64,000 bases of DNA from Haliotis rubra (GCF_003918875.1 NW_025765173.1:124001-188000); one strand, 5' to 3'; shown: positions 37,666 to 50,230, counted from the stretch's first letter. Numbers and translations are program-made. The notes: generated by a model not told the origin, from the letters alone.

Positions 37666-37918
37666 ACCCGTGAAGATCCGGGTTCGAATTGATCTTCGGT
37701 AACCCATGCTTGTCGTAAGAGGCGACTGACGGGATCGGGTGGTCAGGCTCGCTGACTTGGTTGACACATGTCATCAACAGATACAGCACCAATTGCGTAG
37801 ATCGATTCATGGTGTTGATCACGGGATTGTCTGGTCCAGACTCGATCATTTACAGACCGCTGCCATATAGCTGGAATATTGCTGAGTGCAGCGTTAACCA
37901 TCCAGCAAACCAGACAAC
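37666..37918 (+). mobile_element. SINE family 2, intron 1 of gene B
   Basis: Full length, imperfect TSD TCATTAAA(T/A)ATC. Confidence 0.9.
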
Positions 37919-38186
37919 TAAATCATTAAAAATCGCACCTTAATGAAAATGCTGATAGTCATAAAATACTAATTTCATGTTTTGTCTCATACTCCAGCAT
38001 GTTGCCTGTTGTGTGACACTGTTTGATGTCACCATAGTATCACCCCTATCATTTCTGTTTAAGATTAAATATTTATAAGGTTCATAATTTCCCAGATGAT
38101 TTCGTAAATGTTAATTATACCCACAACACTAGAGAATAACCAGTCTTGACTTTATGACGAAACAGATTTCATTTCATGTAAAACGC

Positions 38187-38436
38187 ACCCGTGAAGATCC
38201 GGGTTAGAATTGATCTTCAGTAACCCATGCTTGTCGAAAGAGGCGACTGACGGGATCGGGTAGTCAGGCTCGCTGGCTTGGTTGACACATGTTATCGGTT
38301 CCCCATTGCGCAGATCGTTGCTCATTCTGTTGATCACTGGATTGTCTGGTCCAGACTCGATTATTTAGAGACCGCCGCCATATAGCTGGATTATTGCTGA
38401 GTTCGGTGTAAAACTAAACTCACTCACTCACTCACC
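38187..38436 (+). mobile_element. SINE family 2, intron 1 of gene B
   Basis: Full length, (ACTC)n tail. Confidence 0.9.
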
Positions 38437-38456
38437 CACATAAAATGCGAAATGAC

Positions 38457-38890
38457 TAGGACTGGTATATCGCAGTACGCTTTTCAAACGATACGTATTA
38501 CAATATTTTTGTCTGAATCGGTGTATTGGGTAAAGAACATACATGACTTTTTTTGTGATTATCGTTATGGTTTAAATTTAAATCTACACAGACTTCACAA
38601 CAAATGTTTTCCTTCGTTTTCAATGACAAAACGGCATACTGTAATACTATAAATTGTATACAAAAGAAAATAGAATCCCTGATGATGCAACCTAATTTTG
38701 CGATTGCTGTTATCAAAACCATAACATGTATGTGTAGGGATTATAATGTAGAAAATAGGATTAACATGTACAATTAGTGTCACTCACTGTCAAACACTGA
38801 AGTTCCCAATATATCGCAATACGTATCACAAAACGGGTACCTGAATCGCAATATATTGCAATGCAATTTATTTGCCAATACACAGCCCTA
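38457..38890. mobile_element. Degenerate hAT-like MITE
   Basis: Ends TAGGACTG / CAGCCCTA, with sub-terminal ATCGCAATA-type repeats in inverted orientation. TSD unclear. Confidence 0.4.
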
Positions 38891-39872
38891 AACATAACGG
38901 AATAGGAATGGAATGGAATGGAATATAATGTATCAGTGAAGACATCAGATCTTCACCAAGAGGATACCAATCCAGAGAAACATACATTCGAAGTGTAGGG
39001 CTTTTTGGCACTTGTGTGCTTGTTGTGCATTTGTGCATAAAGAAGGGTCAATTTTCGCTCAACCAAAAGGAGGTACATTGCTGATTATCTTTCGATATCG
39101 CGTACACCTTAGGGCTAGGAGTATTCCTGTAGGCGTTTTGAATTCTTTGCTTGCAATTCTTCTGTTACCGGGTGTTCGCGAAAACTCAAACGTATTCTAC
39201 TTGATCGGAGATCTCGTCACAAGCACATGCAAGGGCAAGGCAATTGTCAACAAAATTCTAACTTACACTATACGGGGAAAATAGCAACTTTAAAACTGAA
39301 GATGGTAGAAGGTTTGACTGTGATACGCGACTAATATTTTTGACGTTTTTATGGACTTAACCTTATGGGTGACAATAAGGATAATGTGTCGGAGACATGT
39401 TTCGACTCTTCCTTTTGCTTGCAGTAGGGGATGCTGGATAACACAAGCTATTTGTTTACATTAGAGCCAGATATATACGTGATTAAATTATGCTTATGAT
39501 GACGCTGGTTCTTGGCGCGGCACGAACAGGTACACGAGTATGATAGTGTTAATAGAAAACATGGCGTAGACAAGCTTACTCAACTAGCGTATGACATCCT
39601 GCAGCATTTCTTTCTTGGTAGCAATAAGTCTAGAAATAGACTACAATGGACAATTGAAACATGTGAAATTGAAAGGTAGGAGTACGACTTTCAATCATTT
39701 TACTCGCAAAAACATTACATTATAAAGCGTTTAATCTCTCTAAACGTGTCATCTTCAACACGTAACAGGAAACGCGATAGTCAAAATATTTTTAGATAAA
39801 CGTCGAATGCACACTGCGTCAGAGAAGCCAGTTGAAACAATAGTACGTTGCGATTAACATCGATATGCAACT

Positions 39873-40078
39873 NNNNNNNNNNNNNNNNNNNNNNNNNNNN
39901 NNNNNNNNNNNNNNNNNNNNNNNNNNNNNNNNNNNNNNNNNNNNNNNNNNNNNNNNNNNNNNNNNNNNNNNNNNNNNNNNNNNNNNNNNNNNNNNNNNNN
40001 NNNNNNNNNNNNNNNNNNNNNNNNNNNNNNNNNNNNNNNNNNNNNNNNNNNNNNNNNNNNNNNNNNNNNNNNNNNNNN
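39873..40078. other. Assembly gap in intron 1 of gene B
   Basis: N run. Confidence 1.
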
Positions 40079-41168
40079 CCCCGACAAGTCAAGTGAGCTG
40101 CATCAGTGCAGTACTAGGATGCTCCAGGGCTGGTAGGTTGAGAATGACTTCAAGGAATGTTTTTATAACTATTGTTTCTGAAACGACTGAGCAAAATATA
40201 GAATAGTGAAGAAATATTAAACCTGTTTTGTTTAAGGGTAATATTATTTTTTATCACATAGGGAGTAAATTTCCACAACGTCGGGGAAAATTGGGACAAA
40301 ACCCTTTTTTCATTAAAAATTCAGGAGATGGAAAACACATACAGTCTTGAATTTAGAATTATTTTAACACTCGCATTACATCTTGAAATGAGAGTGTAAA
40401 TTGCTTACATTATAAACTTTTTATTTATATTTTTGTCTTGTTACCCAACGGTGCCAGAGCTACATTACTTCGGGTTTTCCTACCACATTAAGCTGACACC
40501 CGTGATATAACTGGAATACTGTTCAAAACGACTTTAAACACAATACACTCACGACGAAGTCCACACGTTTATATCCTCATGGCATAATTATGTAAACTCA
40601 AGACACTTCCTTTTTAATTCACCTGGAACGAATCCTTGCATTGTCTACTTTCCTCTGTGCAAGGAAAGACCCACCTTGACCCAGTACTATGACTAAAGTG
40701 ATATTCATCTCCTGTCAATCACGTAATTAATGTATCACTTAGAGGAAAACACGCCGTATTATCAGAGCAATAAATCACATTGTAAAGTGAGTACTTGTGC
40801 AGCGTCAACATGGACTTTGTTCTTACCGTATGGACCCAAATATAAACTTCGGGCCGATCAGTAGAGGGTCTTAACATTAGGTATGACAATCTGTAGTAGT
40901 CCGAAATGCATTATTTTCTGATGTGAGCAAGTGTGGAAGTTATTATATTTAGACGCATATACGGGCCACGATTGGTGAAACTTTGTGTAACAGCATAGAT
41001 TAGTGCAGCGGTATGGGCATTTCTGGAAGGGGCAAGAGCTTGAATCTATCATCTCACTTTACATCAAGGCCGGCAGCTGTGTGAAGATCGTTCTTCATGT
41101 CACAAGTTAGTTTTTCACCTGAGAATACAGTGGAACATATGGTACAAGCTGAAATTGGGTAAAGCATC

Positions 41169-41354
41169 TAATTTGAGCGGCATTTTAGAAGTTGGGAAGT
41201 ACAATATTTACAAATGTTATGGATAGCAACTTCTATATTTCGTGAGTGTGCCGTTTCGTGGACCTTGTATCTCATTCCTGCTAGAATCTGTCTCGAAACG
41301 TCGCAGTCACCAAAATATAGAAGGTGTTATCCATAAAGTTTGTCTATATTTTAA
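41169..41354 (-). mobile_element. Related palindromic Penelope-like element in intron 1 of gene B
   Basis: Arms ACAAA..TTATGGATA..A.CTTCTATATTT, CGAAACGTC, the same tail on the left, and a candidate TSD GGTA(A/T)AGCATC at 41158-41168 / 41355-41365. Confidence 0.6.
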
Positions 41355-42004
41355 GGTATAGCATCGTAAATCAGTTTCGTCACTCATAAGGACATGTGCT
41401 CCATATGACCACCTTATGTTAAGACGGCCTTTTTAAGACCTTGAAAGTTGTGACGTTGATCTTTCGAGCTGGTGACTCTTGGTAGAAAAAGCAGCCTCGC
41501 TTCTATCTGTGAAATATAGACACTAATGCCTTAACTTACTGAAACACTGCTCGACTGGAACGATAACGTTTGGGAAATAGTAATAGTAATAGTCCGCTAA
41601 TATGGCGCTCATATCCTGGCACATTGCCTGCTCACGGCGCTACGTACATTACTATCCCCGGTCATAGGACACTATCGTACTTTCCGATATTTTTTTCAAC
41701 TCCCTGCGTAACATACAGCCATGCTGTGTTTATCCCCTGGTGACATATACTGGTATAGGAGACTGCAGGTAGCGCTTATTACTGACAATACGACCTAGCG
41801 ACAGCAAGGCAATTACAGCCGGCTACCACGCAACAAGCCTTGGCTGACCAGGTAAACCACACCTGCTGCGATAAGGACGCAGTAGTTGGTCTTTCCCGTG
41901 GCGTTTGAAATGTTTTCCCATTGAATTCCCTTTAAGATAATTTAATGCACTAAGTCTGACTCACGGCATTTCTTTAACGGAGTTGTGGGTTAATCTCGTG
42001 TTTA

Positions 42005-42251
42005 GGCCATGTATAAAAATATTCCTGTTTCTCATTACCAGCTGACTAAAAAATTCGACCCGACCCTAAGATTGTTTAATTTTTTACACTAGAGAAAATG
42101 CAACTTTGACTCTCAAAATGTGCATGAATTTTTCCACAGAAATCAATGTGTTTTGGACATAAAATAAATAAAATGTAAACATATAATCCGCCCGCCCGCC
42201 CCATATTTGTTTTAAAAAGTGACGAGAAGCACGAATATTGTTTATGTGGTC
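42005..42251. mobile_element. Degenerate MITE with TTA flanks (Harbinger-like)
   Basis: TTA|GGCCATGTATAAAAATATT ... AATATTGTTTATGTGGTC|TTA. Confidence 0.45.
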
Positions 42252-42480
42252 TTAGAGCGTTAGCTCGGGTACAACGTGAGAAGCCCATTTCTGGTGTCCG
42301 CCGCCTTGATATTGCTGGAATATTGCTGGACACTAAAATTGTCATTTTTACTATATAAGAAAACCCAGGCAATCAGCGCGTCGAGCGACACGCTTCAGCC
42401 AGGCAACCACATCGTCTTGTATATTACTTTCTGAGCAGCGGAACACTGAACGTATACCTTAAACCATTCTTCTCTTCCAG

Positions 42481-42630
42481 CGTTGTTCCAGGTATCCCGA
42501 GTGCTGGCGTGCATCGCACTGGCTCTCTGTTTCATCGCCCTGTGTCTTATCTTCCTCCATAACTGCACGGCCTACTCGAAAAGTCTTCAGTCAGAAAATG
42601 CCTTCATCTCCATATTCCCTGTGTTTTGTG
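42481..42630 (+). CDS. Claudin-like gene B, exon 2 (150 nt)
   Basis: Acceptor TTCTCTTCCAG|CG. Encodes TLFQVSRVLACIALALCFIALCLIFLHNCTAYSKSLQSENAFISIFPVFC. Donor G|GTATGA. Confidence 0.9.
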
Positions 42631-43742
42631 GTATGATTCTTTTACATTGTCCCCAGCTCGGAAGAATGCAACACATGTCAGCCTGACCTAGCTCACACAT
42701 GTCCACTATCTATCAATAATCATATAAATGGTTTAAGAAAAGGATAACAAAACCTCTCAAGACAGGGATTTTCAGATAATAGGATGATATATTTGACTAA
42801 ATTTCTCTTTACAGATGCCTGCGGTTAATATTGACATTAGACTATGCTATTCGTGAAATCACGAGTTGGTTCAAATCGGTTAATACAAAGCTACTTCCGC
42901 ATGGGAACGCAACCTAGTAACACAGACATCTGAAAACAAGCAACTTGTGCTCCATAATATGAAATCTAATCCTAGTATTCGGTGAAAATAATGCCAGCTT
43001 CTACATCATGCCGTGTTCACATTATGGAAGCTGCCATCCATAAATTCTCCCCTTTATGCATATCAGTTCTTAATGCCAGTCAAAGACTTTAAAACATTCG
43101 TGTTCTTATAGTGTTGACCTCGACGGTGTGTATCGCTGATCATGCTACCAAACACAGATGCACCGTAGTTGATGTAGATGTCACCGTAATTGACTACGTC
43201 TAGGGACTGCATTTCCTCCTTTTGAACTATTTGTGATAGGGATACGGATATGAACAACTGTTAGTTTTCGGCGCGGTTAATTAATATTTGATAATTAATT
43301 CAAATAGTAAAAGGTCAGTCAAAGAGCACATGCTTAAAATCGAGCTCATAGTAGACAGGACTATGATGGTCCGTATGCATGAACTGTGTTGGCAAATAAA
43401 AGCGACATAATCTTTCCCATGATCATACCTAATCTCTGCGGAAAGCTGAATCTATGGCACGGTTCTGACTATATCACATTCATGAGTTTATTTTATAATA
43501 CTCCTGTTTTCAAGTTGGTTTTATTGTTTGCAGAGAGTTTTCATTTCAAAGTGTGTAAGGCTTACACTCGTATTGCACGTTAACATGAGGCTTCTAGCCA
43601 GTCAAGTTACCAGCTTATAGGCAACTAAGTAAGATTTTGCAATTAAATACTTTCCATTCTATGTTCATATTAATACACGTGGCAGATGTTCCTTGCAATA
43701 CATTTCAATTGGTGTCAAGATGTAAACCTCATTATAGATAAG

Positions 43743-44022
43743 ACCCGTGAAGATCCGGGTTAGAATTGATGGTAAGAGACGACTAACGGGATCGGGTGGT
43801 AAGGCTCACCCCAGTTGCGTAGATCGATGCTCATGCTATTGATCACTGGATTGTCTCGCTTACGTAGTTGACAGATGTCTTCTACAGTTTCAACACCAAT
43901 AGCGTAGAATCGATGCTCATGGTGTTGATCACTGGATTGTCTGGTCCAGACTCGATTACTTACAGACCGCCGCCATATAGCTGGAATATTGCTGAGTGCG
44001 GCGTTAAACTTAAACTCACTCA
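43743..44022 (+). mobile_element. SINE family 2 with internal deletion and duplication, intron 2 of gene B
   Basis: The GATGCTCATG...GATCACTGGATTGTCT segment occurs twice. TSD CTCATTAT(A/T)GAT. Confidence 0.85.
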
Positions 44023-44376
44023 CTCATTATTGATGAATGACAACACAAACTATTCTGATGAATTGTTAACTGTTTTATCTGATGTGTAGTAGCAATATCA
44101 GTATCATCAGCATTAACTGATTCGAAAATATTAACACGTCAACACCAGGGAATAACCAGTCTCGATTATCCTCCGGAACACATTCAATGAGAGTATAAGG
44201 CAAAACAGCGATGGTAATTATGCTAAAAAATCAATGATGACACCAGGTGTTCGCGAAAACTACCAAGAAAGTCCTAACATTATCACATCTTCATAAGATG
44301 AAAAACACCATGCCGTTCCATACAATCAGTAGATGATACGTTGACATGTTTCTAATAGGTTTATTTTCAATTCCAG

Positions 44377-44783
44377 GCCTTCTCGCCATGTCTTCATGTG
44401 TGGTTTACCTTGAACAAGGCATAAGTTCCATCTATTGGGGAGCCGTATTAGGATTTGCCGCCAGTGGTTGTACCATATTTGGAGGCATCTGCATGGGCGT
44501 AGGGTTGCACATTGACAGGCTTAAAGCGGCGAGCACTCAACAAACGTCAAGTACAGTCCAGAACCAGACTGCTTTCAACCAAGACATTACGACAATGGCA
44601 ATTCCAGTGAACGTCATTCCCTCAAATGGGGCTCAGACAAATATGCCAATGGTTTCAATGGCCTCGAATACAAACACAGACTGTACCGGATCCTCGGATC
44701 AACAGCTTGCAACACAAGTCGATCAACAAGCGAGACTAAATCCATCTGCACCACCGCCCGACCCTGACTTCTTATACTACTGA
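44377..44783 (+). CDS. Claudin-like gene B, exon 3 (tail with PSAP); spliced protein 252 aa
   Basis: Acceptor TTTTCAATTCCAG|GC. Encodes GLLAMSSCVVYL...IYWGAVLGFAASGCTIFGGICMGVGLHIDR...LNPSAPPPDPDFLYY*. Confidence 0.88.
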
Positions 44784-45339
44784 ATACTTTGCAAGGAGTA
44801 TCAATACGGAGATTGGACTTCGTAATCAGATACTTATTGTTGAAAAGTGACAGATTGCTACATATCAAAGAGATCTAGCGTATATCTGGATTAAAGTGAT
44901 CATTGTGTGTTCTACCAGTGTCTAGTGTGCACTGTTGGTTTCTTGGGAACATGACATTTAATCATCCTCAGAGAAGGATATAGATACAGCGCTTGCTGCA
45001 GTGTGTATTGACTTCAAGGTGCTTGGACTTTTGTAACATCTACATAAGTTGGATGAACAAGATACACTAATTCCTGATCCAGACATATTTTTAACGCATC
45101 GAATGATTGAAATGTGTGTGGATTGAGTGCTCGTCCTTTTTCGGTTTTTAGTGTCGGTGAGTTTTAGCTTTGTTAGAAGAACTTGACATCGTTTTGAAGA
45201 AACAAATGCAACCATTCCTTAGCAGGGTACATTAAATACCAACCCCGACCCATGCTGGTCACAAACAGATATAGGCGTCAATCAATTAACCCACAGTGGA
45301 ATCCCAAGAGATGTTCCAAGAGATTGTCGACCACGTCAT

Positions 45340-45605
45340 TGGTCTAACGGACTGAGTGCCTGCTTGGTACTCGTGCGGTCGGTGGTTCGATTCTTAGCCA
45401 CTTCATACAAACAGAAAGATGTTAAAATATGGTACTTGGTGTTTACCTGCCTGACGCTTGACACTAAGGGCTATAAAGGGGTGTAAAACAATGGCTTTAA
45501 GTGTGATACATCGTCTCATTTGGCGAGCACTGTAAAATCGGTCAAAAACTCGAGCGCGTGCACGCCGCTTTTAAGCGCAACTATGTTGGAGGCGTTGTTA
45601 AACCA
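45340..45605 (+). mobile_element. Old tRNA-headed SINE of the third type (V-SINE-like)
   Basis: TGGTCTAACGG A-box-like, GGTTCGATTC B-box, AAAATATGGTAC, AGCACTGTAAA, GTTGTTAAAACC end. Confidence 0.5.
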
Positions 45606-46006
45606 AGTTGTTTCTGAGTTGACTTCGATACACGACGGCTTTGCTTGGCAAAAAGATCACACATGGATAGCATTTATAAATCTTATTTGGCAACTGTGAT
45701 GGGTCGCAAATTCATGTTATGAGTAGTACTGTGCTATCTTATCCAGGTTAGTCTAGATACCGAAGGCCATCATTTCCTTGCATATATTCATGTTTTTGGT
45801 ATGTCTATTGTTTGCTGTTTGAAGCGATCAGACAATCTAGTGATTGGAACATACTGTTTCCTATAATCTTTGCCAATCGTAATGTAAATCGAGGTTACAT
45901 TATCACGCTGGACTGCATTCACCACACTCTAACTACTCTCTAAGTTCAACATGCACCAGCTTGGTGTGTTACCGGTGACAGCCAAGTACACTCCAACTGG
46001 TGAATG

Positions 46007-46082
46007 AGGTGAGTGAGTGAGTTTAGTTTACGCCGCACTCAGCAATATTCCAGCTATATGGCGGCGGTCTGTAAATAATCAG
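46007..46082 (-). mobile_element. SINE family 2, 3' fragment
   Basis: Exact tail sequence. Confidence 0.8.
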
Positions 46083-46319
46083 GTTGCGGTAGATGGGAAT
46101 ACCGAGATGCCATTTAAAATCAAACTATAGGAACAATGAAATGGATTTGTGTGAACGTTCATTGTAGAGGTGTTGCTATCACTGCGTACGTGAAGGGAAA
46201 TATTGTTGATGGTACGTCATTTGTGAAACATTGTATATACTTACAGTTGTGTACATAAAGAAAATTGTGAATACAATGATTCATTCCACATGATTTGTTT
46301 CCTGTCGTTTATACTTCAT

Positions 46320-49300
46320 ACTCCAATCAATACTGTCACTTCCATTGCGCCAACTGTTACTCATGTTGTTCCAATTGTAAGTACTTTTGCTCCAGCTGTT
46401 ACTGCTCCAACTGTAACCATATACTGTTTCTCCAGCTGTTACAGCTATTGCACCAACTGTAACGATATACTATTTCTCCAGCTGTTACAACTATTTCCCC
46501 AGCTGTTGCATTGCTCCAACTGTAACCATATACTATTTCTCCAGCTGTTACAGCTATTGCTCCAACTGTAACCATATACTATTTCTCCAGCTGTTACAGC
46601 TATTGCTCCAACTGTAACCATATACTATTTCTCCAGCTGTTACAGCTATTGCTCCAACTGTAACCATATACTATTTCTCCAGCTGTTAGTGCTACTGCTC
46701 CAACTGTAACCATATACTATTTCTCCAGCTGTTACTGCTACTGCTCCAACTGTTACTAATGTCTCTTTTGCTATCGATACTTTCTCTCCTATAGTTACTA
46801 CCGTTGCCCAAACTTCAACTGTTCCAACTGTTTCTCCTACTGTTACTACCATTGCTCTAACTGTTACCACTATCTCTCCTTCCGTTACTACTATTGTTAC
46901 CCAACTGTTACTGCTGTTTCTCTTGCCATTACTATCATTGCTCTAACTGTTACCACTATCTCTCCTTCCGTTACTACTATTGTTACCCAACTGTTACTGC
47001 TGTTTCTCTTACCGTTACTATTATTGCTCCAACTGTTACCACTATCTCTCCTTCCGTTACTACTATTGTTACCCAACTGTTACTGCTGTTTCTCTTGCCG
47101 TTACTATCATTGTTCCAACTGTTACCACTATTTCTCCTTCTGTTACTACTATTGTTACCCAACTGCTCTAACTGTTTCTCCTTCCGTTACTATCATTGCT
47201 CCAACTGTTACCACTATTTCTCGTTCCGTTACTACTATTGTTACCCAACTGTCACTGCTGTTTCTCTTGCCGTTACTATCATTGCTCCAACTGTTACCAC
47301 TATCTCTCCTCCCGTTCCTACTATTGTTACCCAGCTGTTACTTCTGTTTCTCCTTCCGTTACTATTATTGCTCCAACTGTTACCACTATCTCTCCTCCCG
47401 TTACTACTATTGTTACCCAACTGCTCCAACTGTTTGTCCTTCCGTTACTATCATTGCTCCAACTGTTACCACTATTTCTCCTCCCGTTACTACTATTGTT
47501 ACCCAGCTGTTACTGCTGTTTCTCTTACCGTTACTATTATTGCTCCAACTGTTACCACTATCTCTCCTTCCGTTACTACTATTGTTACCCAACTGTTACT
47601 GCTGTTTCTCTTGCCGTTACTATCATTGCTCAGACTGTTACCACTATTTCTCCTTCCGTTACTACTATTGTTACCCAACTGTTACTGCTGTTTCTCTGGC
47701 CGTTACTATCATTGCTCCAACTGTTACCACTATCTCTCCTCCCGTTACTACTATTGTTACCCAACTGTTCCTGCTGTTTCTCTTTCCGTTACTATCATTG
47801 TTCAGACTGTTACCACTATTTCTCTCTTCCGTTACTACTTATTGTTATCTAACTGTTACTGCTGTTTCTCCTGGCCGTTACTACTATTCCTCATAACTGT
47901 TACCCACTTTCTTCTCCTTCCGTTACTCGTTACAATTTTTGCTCCAACTGCTAACAACTATTTTCTTCCGTTACTACTATTGTTACCAACTACACTGCTT
48001 TTTCTCTTGCCGTTACTATCATTGCTCAGACTGTTACCACTATTTCTCCTTCCGTTATTACTATTGTTACCCAACTGTTACTGCTGTTTCTCTTGCCGTT
48101 ACTATCATTGCTCCAACTGTTACCACTATTTCTCCTCCCGTTACTACTATTGTTACCCAACTGTTACTGCTGTTTCTCTTGCCGTTACTATCATTGCTCA
48201 GACTGTTACCACTATTTCTCCTTCCGTTACTACTATTGTTACCCAACTGTTACTGCTGTTTCTCTGGCCGTTACTTATTATTGCTCCAACTGTTACCACT
48301 ATTTCTCCTCCTGTTACTACTATTGTTACTCAACTGTTACCGTTGTTTTTCTCTTGCTGTTACTTATCATTGCTCAGACTGTTACCACTATTTCTCCTTC
48401 CGTTACTACTACTATTGTTACCCAACTGCTTGTTGCTGTTTCTCTGTGTTTCACTTATTAGTTGCTGCTCCAACTGTTAGCTTGCTTCACTATCTACTCC
48501 TTGTTACTACACTATCTTTTACCGTTAACTATTAAGCTTCAACTGTTCTCTTCCGTTATCCGCTTCTTACTATTGTTACCCAACTGTTAGCCATTCTTTG
48601 TTACTATCATTGTTCAGACTGTTACCACTATTTCTCCTTCCTGTTACTACTTATTGTTACCCAACCTGTTACAGCTGTTTCTCTTGCTGTTACTTCATTG
48701 TCTTAACTGTTACCACTATTTCTCCTCCCGTTACTACTATTGTTACCCAGCTGTTACTGCTGTTTCTCTTACCGTTACTATTATTGCTCCAACTGTTACC
48801 ACTATCTCTCCTTCCGTTACTACTATTGTTACCCAACTGCTCCAACTGTTTCTCCTTCCGTTACTATTATTGCTCCAACTGTTACCACTATCTCTCCTTC
48901 CGTTACTACTATTGTTACCCAACTGCTCCAACTGTTTCTCCTTCCGTTACTATTATTGCTCCAACTGTTACCACTATTTCTCCTCCCGTTACTACTATTG
49001 TTACCCAACTGTTACTGCTGTTTCTCTCTACTGTTACTTATTATTGTCTTAACTGTTACCTTCTCTATCTCTCCTTCCGTTACTACTATTGTTACCCAAC
49101 TGCTCCAACTGTTTCTCTTTCCGTTACTACCATTGCTCCAACTGTTACCACTGTCTCTCCTCCCGTTACTACTATTGTTACCCAACCGATTCTGCTGTTT
49201 CTCTTCCGTTACTACTATTGTTACCCAACTGTTACTGCTTTTTCTCTTGCCGTTACTATCATTGCTCAGACTGTTACCACTATTTCTCCTCCCGTTACTA

Positions 49301-49910
49301 CTATTGTTACCCAACTGTTACTGCTGTTTCTCTTGCCGTTACTATCATTGCTCCAACTGTTACCACTATTTCTCCTCCCGTTACTACTATTGTTACCCAA
49401 CTGCTCCAACTGTTTCTCTTACCGTTACTATTATTGCTCCAACTGTTACCACTATCTCTCCTTCCGTTACTACTATTGTTACCCAACTGCTCCAACTGTT
49501 TCTCTTGCCGTTACTACCTTTGTCTCCAACTGTTACCACTGTCTCTCCTCCCGTTACTACTATTGTTACCCAACTGATACTGCTGTTTCTCTTACCGTTA
49601 CTACCATTACTTCAACTGTTACCACTATCTCTCCTCCCGTTACTACTTTTGTTACCCAACTGCTCCAACTGTTTCTCCTTCCGTTACTATCATTGCTCTA
49701 AGTGTTACCACTGTCTCTCCTCCCGTTACTACTATTGTTACCCAACTGTTACTGCTGTCTCTCCTCCCGTTACTACTATTGTTACCCAACTGCTCCAACT
49801 GTTTCTCTTGCTGTTACTACCATTGCTCCAACTGTTACCACTATCTCTCCTTCCGTTATTACTATTGTTACCCAACTGATACTTCTGTTTCTCCTACTGT
49901 TACTATTTGC
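46320..49910. repeat. Compound satellite built on a 21-bp monomer (46-bp and 86-bp higher-order units)
   Basis: 46-bp unit at about 46400-46745; 86-bp unit (21+23+21+21) at about 46855-49900. Confidence 0.95.
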
Positions 49911-50230
49911 GTATTGATGTACCCTCATTTGACCTGGGATATTCAACAAATATTGAGGTCTATTTTCACATGTTGTGTTTACAAACATCTAAGTCAATAT
50001 TTTTACTACAATGGTATATGTAAATTACACATCATTATATCGCATCTGAACATGTAAAATGAGTGGCCATATGGTAGACAAATAATTACCCAAAGCTGCA
50101 GCAGCCAGATAGGGCAACCGTAGAACATCTAACGGTTATTATTAACTGCATACAGTTATCATGGAGTCTGTATATAGATGTCCTGATGATATGGACAACT
50201 GACCTAGTGGATACTGCATACAATTAACTT

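Noticed and set aside
42546-42575. Conserved N-x-T (HNCT/YNFT) as N-glycosylation sites
   Set aside because: They follow TM2 and should be cytoplasmic in claudin topology. Only the NVT sequons in A loop 2 and D loop 1 are plausibly extracellular.
46894-49879. ORFs of 528, 379, 367 and 290 aa as real genes
   Set aside because: They are overlapping translations of an 86-bp satellite in all frames, mostly with non-ATG starts, and show no splice or domain evidence.
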